The translations under genes were made by a program, and so were the position numbers. Below are positions 26,023 to 34,866 of a DNA stretch of 64,000 bases, piece after piece; within the stretch, counting starts at the first letter, position 1; each line of letters starts with the position of its first letter. The notes under the pieces were generated by a model. The model was not told the DNA's origin, ran no database searches, and worked only from the letters and a program-made list of their open reading frames with translations. The stretch spans positions 8,866 through 72,865 of the forward strand of contig JBPCXB010000214.1 in assembly GCA_051008935.1 (NCBI GenBank). Reading direction: 5' to 3'. Origin of the DNA: Gammaproteobacteria bacterium. GTDB taxonomy: Bacteria > Pseudomonadota > Gammaproteobacteria > JBPCXB01.

Positions 26023-26553
26023 TTACTGCTCGATTACTTTTTCAGTCCGCACCCCGACCGAGCGCGCAGTGACAATCAGCTTCCCTGATGCATCCCTGTA
26101 TTCGGTGATCGCCTCTGCAAAAACCAGCTTGCCCGCTCGCTTGCCAGTCTTTTCCCAGGTCTTGCCTGGTTTTTCCTCAGCAGTGAGTGTCACACCGGCT
26201 TTCAGGGGATGGTGATAGGTGTAATGCTGCTCAGCATGAAGAACACCAGCATTACTGCCCGAAGAAGATGAGCCGCCCGATGCGGAGCTCGAAGCTTCTA
26301 TACCGGTTGGATGTTTTCCCGACCCAAACCAAGTCTTGCCAATCTTGGGGCGCAAGGGATAGTCTGGATCGTACTGAGCGCTGGATTGTACGAAGGTAGG
26401 TGGGGCGGATACATCCCCTGCTGCATCTCCTTGTACATATGCTGTATTGGCATCTGCCAAAGAACGGGCAAACAGCAGGATCTGCCCCGCTTCAACTGGA
26501 AACTTCTTGGCGACCATAGGATTACCTGTCCCTGTATTTCGACTGAATGTCAA
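26023..26553 (-). CDS. MaoC-like N-terminal (FAS1-type) dehydratase half, the probable partner of the adjacent hotdog protein
   Basis: Hotdog-like, without the catalytic motif of the neighbour. A Ser/Gly-rich linker (SSSASGGSSSSGSNAG) is present. The paired arrangement resembles HadAB-type heterodimeric dehydratases. Confidence 0.5.
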   Translation of the reverse strand: MTFSRNTGTGNPMVAKKFPVEAGQILLFARSLADANTAYVQGDAAGDVSAPPTFVQSSAQYDPDYPLRPKIGKTWFGSGKHPTGIEASSSASGGSSSSGSNAGVLHAEQHYTYHHPLKAGVTLTAEEKPGKTWEKTGKRAGKLVFAEAITEYRDASGKLIVTARSVGVRTEKVIEQ

Positions 26554-26599
26554 TTATGCCATATTTTGCCTATCTGGCAACACAGCTGGCCTGCGTCGA

Positions 26600-27577
26600 T
26601 CAGACCGTTGCACCTGAATCCAGCAAAACGGCTCCGACTGCCTGTTCAGCCTTATAGCTGGAGCGCACATGTGGGCCCGCACTAACCCATACAAAACCCC
26701 GTTCCAAGGCGCGGTCTTTGTACCTTGCAAAGTCTTGTGGCGATACCCAACGGACCACCGGTAGATGATTTCGGGTTGGGCGCAAGTACTGCCCCAAGGT
26801 CAAGACTTTGACGCCGTGAGCCAACAAATCGCCAAGGGCTTCGTCTATTTCAGCGTCCGTCTCTCCCAACCCCAGCATCATACCTGACTTGACAATCACC
26901 TCTGGACTGGTGTGGCCTGCATGAGCCAGCACGCTCAAGGATTGGTCATAGGTAGCCCGCACGTCGCGCACTGACGGGGTCAGCCGACGGGTTGTCTCAA
27001 TGTTATGGGCAAAAACCCTAATACTAGTGGTTGCTACACGACTCACAGCCGATAGATTGCCGGCAAAATCTGGCGTCAACACTTCGATCTGGGTGTCAGG
27101 ATTCTGGCTTTGGACAGCTTCTACACTGAGCGCAAACTGCTCGGCCCCGCCATCCGGCAGATCGTCTCTGTTGACCGATGTGAGAACGACATATTTCAAC
27201 CCCATCAATCGGACTGCGCGCGCAACCTGTTCAGGCTCTTGGGCGTTAATTCTTCCCAAGGGATTGCCTGTATCTACGGCACAGAAGCGACAAGCTCTTG
27301 TACATGCAGATCCCAGTAACATAAAGGTGGCCGTACCGCGCGACCAGCATTCTGGCAGATTGGGGCACAGCGCTTCCTGGCACACGGTATTGAGTTGATG
27401 CTCTTTGACTCGCTGACGCACCTGCTGCCACTTGCCGTCCGGGTCTGGCAAACGAATCTTCAGCCAAGGGGGCTTGCGGTCAGGATCGACCTGACTGTTA
27501 GCCGAAGGCTTAACGCCGTTGCGGATGACGCGCACCCCATCCAGATTGACGATTTTGATCGATTGGTTGGAAGTCAT
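26600..27577 (-). CDS. lipA: Lipoyl synthase
   Basis: Radical-SAM CxxxCxxC (CTRACRFCAV) plus the N-terminal auxiliary cluster cysteines (CQEALCPNLPEC). Confidence 0.92.
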   Translation of the reverse strand: MTSNQSIKIVNLDGVRVIRNGVKPSANSQVDPDRKPPWLKIRLPDPDGKWQQVRQRVKEHQLNTVCQEALCPNLPECWSRGTATFMLLGSACTRACRFCAVDTGNPLGRINAQEPEQVARAVRLMGLKYVVLTSVNRDDLPDGGAEQFALSVEAVQSQNPDTQIEVLTPDFAGNLSAVSRVATTSIRVFAHNIETTRRLTPSVRDVRATYDQSLSVLAHAGHTSPEVIVKSGMMLGLGETDAEIDEALGDLLAHGVKVLTLGQYLRPTRNHLPVVRWVSPQDFARYKDRALERGFVWVSAGPHVRSSYKAEQAVGAVLLDSGATV

Positions 27578-28257
27578 ACCGTGCTCCTAGATGCCAATGG
27601 CGTATGCAGCAATTCACTGTGAGGTGCGAAGTACTCAGTAGCCAAGCGTGCCACAACAGATTCGACGTGCTCGAGCTTGACGCCTGGGCAGTAATCACAC
27701 AACTTAGCAACCGCCTGACCGGCAATACCACAAGGGTGCATCTGCTCAAAAGGCGACAAGTCGCAATCGACATTGAGACTGAAGCCATGATAACTGCAGC
27801 GCCTGTGGATGCGAAAGCCCAGGGCAGCAATCTTCTTGCGCTGAATATAGAGGCCCGGCCGCCCCGACCAACGCTGTGCGTCCACGCCAAAATGGCGTAG
27901 GCTCTGCTGCAAAAGCTCTTCCGTCCGGTAGACCAGAGTGCGAACGCCGATATTTAACCGGCCAAGATCCAGCATCAAATAGCCCACCAATTGCCCAGGT
28001 GCATGATAAGTTGCTTGGCCACCTCTATCCGTGTGCACTACTGCTATATTCTGATCACCAAACACCTGACTCGTATCGGCTTTAGCCCCCAGAGTATAGA
28101 CTGGCGCATGCTGTAAGAGCCATAGGCAGTCTTGCGAATGCTTGCCCCTAGATCGACTGTAGCGCCTCATAGCACGAAGGCTGGCGCCATAGTCCAGAAT
28201 ACCCCAGCTTCTGGTACGCAAGCTACATACAGCAGGGCTCCTAAGCATTAAATCCAT
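27574..28257 (-). CDS. lipB: Octanoyltransferase LipB
   Basis: LLQHAPVYTLG and PCGI motifs. In lipB-lipA order with a 4-nt overlap. Confidence 0.85.
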   Translation of the reverse strand: MDLMLRSPAVCSLRTRSWGILDYGASLRAMRRYSRSRGKHSQDCLWLLQHAPVYTLGAKADTSQVFGDQNIAVVHTDRGGQATYHAPGQLVGYLMLDLGRLNIGVRTLVYRTEELLQQSLRHFGVDAQRWSGRPGLYIQRKKIAALGFRIHRRCSYHGFSLNVDCDLSPFEQMHPCGIAGQAVAKLCDYCPGVKLEHVESVVARLATEYFAPHSELLHTPLASRSTV

Positions 28258-29379
28258 CTAATCCAGTTGCCGTATTTCTAGAACCGGCGTCTCAGTCATC
28301 TTGCGATAAGGCTCCGTTTTTTGCAAAAAAGCCTGCCATGATTGATGTACGCGCGCAAAATCAGGATCTGACTGTACCAACTCAGCTATCGAGCGCTGTG
28401 CATGCGTACGAAGTTCCAACAGCAATTCCTTGGGAAGCGGGCGCAACTCTACACCGTGCTCCTGTACTAGCTGTTGCAAGATTTCCGGGTTGCGCGCCGC
28501 GAATAAATCCGGCATATCAGCATTTGCAGCACGGGCTGCCGACTGCACAATTGCTTGAAGGTCTTGTGGCAATTCCTGCCAAGCTGCATCGTTGATCAAC
28601 AGTTCCAAAGTCACTGATTGCTCGTGCCAAGCAGGATAGTAATAGTATTTAGCCACCTGATAGAAACCCATACTGAGGTCCACAAATGGATTGACCCATT
28701 CTGCTGCATCAATGGTTCCGGTCTCAAGAGCCGTGAAAATTTCATTGCCCGGTAGCTGTTGTTGCTGGGCGCCGGCTTGAACCATGACTTCTCCACCCAG
28801 CCCAGGTATGCGCATAATCAACCCGCGCAGATCGTCTGTAGTATTGAGTTCTTTATTGAACCAGCCTGCCCATTGCGGCCCGGTATTCCCTGCCGGAAAA
28901 GCAGTCAAGCCGAACGGTTCGTAAATTTCATGCCAAAGCTCAAGCCCACCACCATAATACAGCCAAGCATTCTGTTCGTTGACGGTCATGCCAAAGGGAA
29001 CTGCTGAAAAAAATTGGGCAGCCGGTATCTTGCCGCGCCAATAATAAGAGGCCGAATGGCCCATGTGCGCACTGCCAGACGAAACAGCTTCAAACACTTC
29101 CAGAGCGGGAACCAGCTCGCCTGCGCCATAGACTTTGATCTTCAATCGACCTGCGCTCATGGTTTCAATGTTTCGCGCCAGTTCGTTAGCTGCTGTTCCC
29201 AATCCGGGTGAATTGGGCGGCCAGGACGTTACCATACGCCAGTTGTATGTCTGGTGCTGCTGCGCCGCAGATTGCCTATCCCCTTCGCTGCAACCTACAG
29301 TCAACAACAAGCCCAGCAAAGCGCCTGCCCAAATTCGATGCCCCACGATACCCTGATGGCCCCATCTCTTTATAGTCAT
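28258..29379 (-). CDS. TRAP-transporter substrate-binding protein (DctP family, COG4663-type), lipoprotein
   Basis: Lipobox (LLTVGCSE), then WRMVTSWPPNSPGLGTAANELARNIETMSAGRLKIKVYGAGELVPALEVFEAVSSG, which is characteristic of this solute-binding family. No dctQ or dctM adjacent. Confidence 0.75.
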   Translation of the reverse strand: MTIKRWGHQGIVGHRIWAGALLGLLLTVGCSEGDRQSAAQQHQTYNWRMVTSWPPNSPGLGTAANELARNIETMSAGRLKIKVYGAGELVPALEVFEAVSSGSAHMGHSASYYWRGKIPAAQFFSAVPFGMTVNEQNAWLYYGGGLELWHEIYEPFGLTAFPAGNTGPQWAGWFNKELNTTDDLRGLIMRIPGLGGEVMVQAGAQQQQLPGNEIFTALETGTIDAAEWVNPFVDLSMGFYQVAKYYYYPAWHEQSVTLELLINDAAWQELPQDLQAIVQSAARAANADMPDLFAARNPEILQQLVQEHGVELRPLPKELLLELRTHAQRSIAELVQSDPDFARVHQSWQAFLQKTEPYRKMTETPVLEIRQLD

Positions 29380-29451
29380 GCTTTCTCCCTAATTAAGATA
29401 ATAACTCTTGCCCGACACTAGCACATTCAAATGCAAAACGGCACACGCTTG

Positions 29452-31647
29452 TTATTCCAGACTCAAGTTAGCGTGAGAACGTAACAGCCATTTAGTCCCG
29501 TAGCTATCGAAGTGAATCTGGATTGCAGTGTCCTTGCCCTGAATACGGCTACTGACCACTATGCCCTGACCAAAAGTCGGGTGTCTGACGCTCTGCCCCG
29601 CTCTAAGAATCGGGCCTGCATGCTCCGCTGCAACAGGGTCCGGCTGCCTGTTGCGCGATGCAGCAAACTCCCCACGGAGCGGCGAATGCTGGGGTTGCTG
29701 TTCGAAGCCAGAACGATCCGTCAAACGATCTGGAATGTGCGTCAGAAATCTGGATCTGAGCCTGATATTCCCTGAACCACCCAAGGTGCGATATTGGCTC
29801 CAAGTCATGTACAAACGTTCCATAGCTCGCGTCATACCCACATAACAAAGACGCCGTTCTTCCTCTATCTCAGCGGCACCGCTCTGGATGGATCGAATAT
29901 GCGGGAATAATTCTTCCTCCATACCAACCAGACACACCCAAGGGAATTCCAGGCCTTTAGCAGTGTGTATCGTCATCAAGCTGACATAATCAACGCCCTC
30001 TGTGCCTGACTCATCGCCGGCGTTGAGCACGCTGTCCGAAACAAACTGAGCCAGAGGGCTCAGACCCTCAGCAGATTCAATGGCTCCTGAGGCGAGTTTT
30101 TGATCAAAAGACACGGCTTCAGCGATCAATTCGCGCAAATTGTCTGCTTTGGACAGACCCGCTCGGCCTTCCAAGTCATCCCATTTTTCACACATGGCCA
30201 GCAAACCAGAGTGCTCCACGACTTGCTCAACCAACTGAGCTAGTGGCTGGCCTGCCTGAGACCGCAAGTGCTGAACCTTATCCAAAAACGCCTGTATGGC
30301 ACCATACCGAGTACTCTTTTCAGCAACGTATATCTGGGCACTGTCCCACAGACTCTGTTTTTCTTCAGAGCTTTGGGCCATCTGATTTAATTGAGCGAGC
30401 GTCTTATCGCCAATACCACAGCGCGGCGAAGTGGCAGCTCTGAGAAACGCCAGATTGTCATCCGGTCTGTTGATCAAAGCCAGCCAAGCCATGGCATCTT
30501 TGATCTCAGTTCGGCTATAGAAGCGCGTGCCACCGAACAAACGGTAGGGAATCCGTGCTGCTCGCATGCTGCGCTCCAGCAATCTGGACTGGGCATTAGA
30601 GCGATACAAAACGGCCACACCTTTCCATTTTCCGGATTGCTCGTGCCATTGCTTCGCAATTTCAGCAACAAAATCTGCTTCGTCCGAGTCATCGCTGGCG
30701 CTGTACACCTGCAACCGGTCTCCGGTCGATTTATTGGTGCGCAAATGTTTGCCCAAACGCTCTGAATTATGCTGAATAACGGAATCTGCTGCTTCCAGGA
30801 TCATCCCTGTTGAGCGGTAATTTTGCTCCAGCCGGATCACTTCAGCCGTAAGCTCGCTTTGGTATTGCCTCAGGTTTTCAACGCGCGCGCCGCGCCACGT
30901 GTAGATGGTCTGGTCGTCGTCTCCAACTACAGTAGTGATCGCACCCTCTCCTCTCAAAAGATTAAACCACTGGTATTGCATGGAGTTGATGTCTTGGAAC
31001 TCGTCGACCAAAAGGCAACTGTACGCATTCTGATAATAGGCTCGAACGCTATCGTCGGTTTGCAACAGATCACAGGCTGAAAAAAGCAACTCCTCGAAAT
31101 CCAGCAACTGCTCGCGTTTGCAGTGCGCCTCATACAAGTGGTAGAGGTGGAGCCATTCTTCCTCTTGCTCTGATGCCACACTATCGCCAGCTCGGATCAT
31201 TTGATTTTTCTGCCGATTGATCCAATTGACGCACTGTGCAGGTGTCCAATCGGACTCATACGGGTAGTGTTCCCGCATCAACCCTTTCACCAACCGCTTC
31301 TGGTCGTCGGTATCAATAATAGTGAACCCGGGATCTATCCCTATAGCCCGCCCATGATGCAGCAAATGGCGCCGAGCGATACTGTGAAAAGTACCAATAT
31401 GTAGCTTGCGAAGAGGCTTGGAATCAAAGCCGAGCAGATGGTGCAGCCGTTCTTTAAGTTCTTGCGCTGCCCGATTGGTAAAGGTGACCACCAGCATATA
31501 CCGCCCTGGCGGCGTCTGATTAATCAGGTGAGCCGCTCTATGAGTCAGTACAGTCGTCTTGCCTGTGCCTGCTCCAGCTAGCACCAGGACATGTTGTCCC
31601 TCTGAGGTGACAGCTTTCTTCTGTAAACTATTGAGCGGTTGAGTCAT
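29452..31647 (-). CDS. uvrD: UvrD/Rep-family superfamily-1 DNA helicase (DNA helicase II-like)
   Basis: Walker A GAGTGKTTVLTHR, motifs Ia through VI (TFTNRAAQELKERL, LLVDEFQD, VGDDDQTIYTWRGA, TIHTAKGLEF, VGMTRA). At 731 aa it is closer to UvrD than to Rep. Confidence 0.75.
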   Translation of the reverse strand: MTQPLNSLQKKAVTSEGQHVLVLAGAGTGKTTVLTHRAAHLINQTPPGRYMLVVTFTNRAAQELKERLHHLLGFDSKPLRKLHIGTFHSIARRHLLHHGRAIGIDPGFTIIDTDDQKRLVKGLMREHYPYESDWTPAQCVNWINRQKNQMIRAGDSVASEQEEEWLHLYHLYEAHCKREQLLDFEELLFSACDLLQTDDSVRAYYQNAYSCLLVDEFQDINSMQYQWFNLLRGEGAITTVVGDDDQTIYTWRGARVENLRQYQSELTAEVIRLEQNYRSTGMILEAADSVIQHNSERLGKHLRTNKSTGDRLQVYSASDDSDEADFVAEIAKQWHEQSGKWKGVAVLYRSNAQSRLLERSMRAARIPYRLFGGTRFYSRTEIKDAMAWLALINRPDDNLAFLRAATSPRCGIGDKTLAQLNQMAQSSEEKQSLWDSAQIYVAEKSTRYGAIQAFLDKVQHLRSQAGQPLAQLVEQVVEHSGLLAMCEKWDDLEGRAGLSKADNLRELIAEAVSFDQKLASGAIESAEGLSPLAQFVSDSVLNAGDESGTEGVDYVSLMTIHTAKGLEFPWVCLVGMEEELFPHIRSIQSGAAEIEEERRLCYVGMTRAMERLYMTWSQYRTLGGSGNIRLRSRFLTHIPDRLTDRSGFEQQPQHSPLRGEFAASRNRQPDPVAAEHAGPILRAGQSVRHPTFGQGIVVSSRIQGKDTAIQIHFDSYGTKWLLRSHANLSLE

Positions 31648-31891
31648 AAATACGAACGAAAGCGGCGCGGGTCATTAGCTGGGCGGCCTTTCCGGGCAAC
31701 CCAGTGCCACAGGTCACATGCCAGACTACCCATTGACCACTAATTGTAAAAGCAATACATTTAAACAGACCCACCTTTCCCAAAAGAGCCAGTACCCCTC
31801 GCTACCAAACAACGTGAAGGGTTGAACGACCAAAGCCACCCCAAACCGCCTTATTATTGCACATCCTTAATTCCAGCTGACCCTTATTCTC

Positions 31892-32767
31892 GTGGCAGAA
31901 TCCATACTCGAACAAACCCAAAAAATCTATGACAGTCTGCGCCCCTCTGAGCAGAAAATTGCCAAGCTGGTGTTGCGTTCTCCCGACAAAGTGGTCGAGA
32001 TGAAACTCAAAGACTTGGCTCAAGAAGCAGCCGTCAGCGATCCGACTATTGCCCGCTTCTGTAAAGCACTTGGGCTTGATGGCTACAAGGAATTGCGACT
32101 GAAGCTGGCCCGTAGCACACAACCCTCTACCACCTATGACCGCGCTCCTATCGGGCCGCGCGACAGTCTTACCAGCCTGAGAGACAAAATTTTCAACAGC
32201 GCCTTAGGCGTCTTGAATGAAGTGCGCGAAGAAATCGAGCTGGATGCATTGGAGCAAGCCATCCATCTACTCTCCCACGCACGCTGTGTGGAACTCTTTG
32301 CTTTTGGCGGTTCAGTACCTATTGCAATGGATTTTCAGCACAAGTTGTTTCGGCTCCAAGTCATGTCTTCTGTCTATTCCGATCCACATCTACAGAGCAT
32401 GGCCGCTTGCTCGCTACAAAAAGACGATCTGGTATTCGCTTTTTCCAATTCAGGCACCACCGAAGCTCTGGTCAGAAGTATAGAAGTGGTACGTAAAGCC
32501 GGCCTGCCTGTACTCGCTATTACCCCTTCAAATACCCCCTTGGCTGAGTTGGCCAACGTCGCTCTGTGCGTTGACCCTGACGATTCTGGCCTTCTCATGA
32601 TGCCTCTGTCTGCGCGGCTGGCTTGGCTAGCTATTATCGATATATTGGTATTGGGAGTCGCTCAAAAACGAGGCCCTGAAGGCCAAAAGCACCTTAATAA
32701 TCTGCTACAGAACCAGCAACAATTTAGGCTCAATAAAAAAAACAAAAAAACGGACCCCCTTCTATAA
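31892..32767 (+). CDS. RpiR/MurR-family transcriptional regulator (HTH_6 + SIS domain)
   Basis: N-terminal HTH (LKDLAQEAAVSDPTIARFCKALG) and C-terminal SIS sugar-phosphate-binding domain (FAFGGS...). GTG start. Confidence 0.75.
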   Translation: MAESILEQTQKIYDSLRPSEQKIAKLVLRSPDKVVEMKLKDLAQEAAVSDPTIARFCKALGLDGYKELRLKLARSTQPSTTYDRAPIGPRDSLTSLRDKIFNSALGVLNEVREEIELDALEQAIHLLSHARCVELFAFGGSVPIAMDFQHKLFRLQVMSSVYSDPHLQSMAACSLQKDDLVFAFSNSGTTEALVRSIEVVRKAGLPVLAITPSNTPLAELANVALCVDPDDSGLLMMPLSARLAWLAIIDILVLGVAQKRGPEGQKHLNNLLQNQQQFRLNKKNKKTDPLL

Positions 32768-32869
32768 CTGGCTTATAAAATAACAGAGCTAGCGCCGTGC
32801 AGACGCTTGCAAAGAAAACATCAGCAGTGTACGTTGCCGGCGCCTTAACCACCTCACAGAGTAATCATT

Positions 32870-33427
32870 ATGAGCTTTGCATCCATGGACAAGGGCACTC
32901 AGCAAGACTGGGAGCACATCGGTAAAGAACACGGACCTGTCATTAGCGCCATGCCAGAGCGCGTTGAAAATATGTTGCTCCAGCTGCAAAATCTCACTGT
33001 CGGCTTTGCGGTCGACCAGTTGGAACACAGCCTGCAAACGGCCACCCGCGCCGTCCGGGCTGGTGCCGATGAGGAAATGGTGTTGCTGTCCTTGTGCCAC
33101 GACATTGGCAAAGTCATTTCAGTGCCCAATCACGCCGCTATCGCAGCCGAAATCCTAAAACCCTATGTCAGCGAGCGCGCCTACCATATACTGCGCACCC
33201 ATCAAGACTTTCAGGGCAAATACTACTACCATTTCATGGGAATGCCCAATGATTTACGCAAAAACTACACGCAAGAATCTTGGTATCAGGATGCTTGCAC
33301 CTTCAGCGATCAGTACGACCAAGCCGGGTTTGACCCAGACTACAACAGCTTGCCTTTGGAGCATTTCAAACCTTTGATTGAAAAATTTTTCAAAGCCCCG
33401 GGTGCAATGATTGCCACGGCAAATTGA
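32870..33427 (+). CDS. HD-domain protein of the PhnZ/MIOX-like family (phosphonate-degradation-associated HD oxygenase family)
   Basis: VDQLEHSLQTATRAVRAGADEEMVLLSLCHDIGK closely resembles the PhnZ HD core as I recall it. ~185 aa, as in PhnZ. No phnY-like partner is nearby. Confidence 0.5.
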   Translation: MSFASMDKGTQQDWEHIGKEHGPVISAMPERVENMLLQLQNLTVGFAVDQLEHSLQTATRAVRAGADEEMVLLSLCHDIGKVISVPNHAAIAAEILKPYVSERAYHILRTHQDFQGKYYYHFMGMPNDLRKNYTQESWYQDACTFSDQYDQAGFDPDYNSLPLEHFKPLIEKFFKAPGAMIATAN

Positions 33428-33863
33428 ATACAACAGGCTGGAACACAGACAACCGGAAGCACACGAAGGTATTGCTTTGACTACTCATATTCCGACAGAC
33501 CGCCTGTACAACGCGAGCCACGAATGGGCTCAAACAACTGATGATGGCACGGTATTAATCGGCATCACTGATTACGCTCAGGCCGAACTAGGGGATGTTG
33601 TATACGTAGATCTGCCACAAATTGGCCAGCAACTTGCAAAAAGTGCGGCCATAGGGGTGCTCGAATCCGTCAAAGCAGTCTCTGAGATCTTTGCGCCTGT
33701 CAGTGGCACAGTGGTCCGTGTCAATACGCAACTCGATGCGCACCCAGACGCCATCAATCTATCTCCCTATAGCGACGGCTGGATTGTCGCAATCAAACCT
33801 GAGGATCCGACAGAGATCCAGCAGTTGCTTAAAGCAGAAGATTATCGCACCAAAGTCGAATAG
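33411..33863 (+). CDS. gcvH: Glycine-cleavage-system H protein (lipoyl carrier)
   Basis: SHEWAQ...GITDYAQAELGDVVYVDLP and ESVKAVSEIFAPVSG (lipoyl-Lys region). The true start is probably downstream, e.g. the TTG at 33477; the 5' end overlaps the preceding gene in the ORF-track model. Confidence 0.85.
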   Translation: MPRQIEYNRLEHRQPEAHEGIALTTHIPTDRLYNASHEWAQTTDDGTVLIGITDYAQAELGDVVYVDLPQIGQQLAKSAAIGVLESVKAVSEIFAPVSGTVVRVNTQLDAHPDAINLSPYSDGWIVAIKPEDPTEIQQLLKAEDYRTKVE

Positions 33864-33898
33864 GGCTTGTCTCACAAAACCTGCAATTGCGGTCTAGC

Positions 33899-34825
33899 AT
33901 GTCTCTAGAATTCGATACTCTACTCCCTCAGTGGGGGTTCTCATCAGAGGTCCCCTACACAAGCTGCTCCAATGGAGTCGATAACTACACTTATCGCATT
34001 GAAGCACCCGAACAGCCGTATATTCTGGCTGCCTTACGCACTGCATCCACCCACAGACTCGAGCAGATCATCGCCTTAATTAACTGGCTGAAAAGCTGTG
34101 AATTACCTGTGGCACCAACCCTGACAACCCTGTCAGGTGCACCCTATCTCATGTGCGGCGATTACCCGGTTGTCGTACAACACTGCCTGCCCGGCGCCAG
34201 CACCAAACAGCCTAACAGCAAACAGTGTGAAAGCGCAGGGCGCATACTGGGCCACTTTCATCAGTGCACACAGCACCTGCAAGCATTGCAGAATCTAGAG
34301 GCAGAGGATTGGAAAAGCCATACCTGTGCGCTGCTCAAAAGCTATGCGCACACCATGTCTGAACCTGAACTAGAGCTCCAACAGCAGCTAATATCCATGA
34401 AGCTGGCAGAGGATTTTCCGGAAGGAGTCTTGCACAATGATTTTTTCTGCGACAATCTGCTTTTTGCAGTTCAGGAGCACAAACTCACACACCATTGCAC
34501 CGGATTGATTGACTTTTATTGCATGACACGAGGTTATCTGTTGCGCGATATTGCCATCGCTCTGATCGACTGGGCCTGGGACCCACAAACCAAGCAATAC
34601 CTAGCCCCCTTGGTGCGAAGCTTTCTAGACGGCTATCAGACCCAGCGGCTGCTGAGCGCGCAAGAAAAACAGGCATTGCCTGACTTCACGCTGTTTGCTG
34701 CTGGATCCATATGGGCTTACAGACTAGAACGCCTCGAACGCGGCGACTCCCTCAGCCCAAACCGCTCGCCAGCAGATATGATTAACCGCCTTCAAGCATT
34801 GCAGGATATTTCTGCTTTCAGCTGA
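33899..34825 (+). CDS. thrB: Homoserine kinase type II (APH-fold, pseudomonad-type ThrB)
   Basis: VLHNDFFCDNLLF...GLIDFYCMTRGYLLRDIAIALIDW closely parallels the catalytic/Brenner region of P. aeruginosa ThrB. ~309 aa. Confidence 0.6.
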   Translation: MSLEFDTLLPQWGFSSEVPYTSCSNGVDNYTYRIEAPEQPYILAALRTASTHRLEQIIALINWLKSCELPVAPTLTTLSGAPYLMCGDYPVVVQHCLPGASTKQPNSKQCESAGRILGHFHQCTQHLQALQNLEAEDWKSHTCALLKSYAHTMSEPELELQQQLISMKLAEDFPEGVLHNDFFCDNLLFAVQEHKLTHHCTGLIDFYCMTRGYLLRDIAIALIDWAWDPQTKQYLAPLVRSFLDGYQTQRLLSAQEKQALPDFTLFAAGSIWAYRLERLERGDSLSPNRSPADMINRLQALQDISAFS

Positions 34826-34866
34826 TACACCGCCCCGATTCCAGACGTCATCGCCCAGCAATAACC

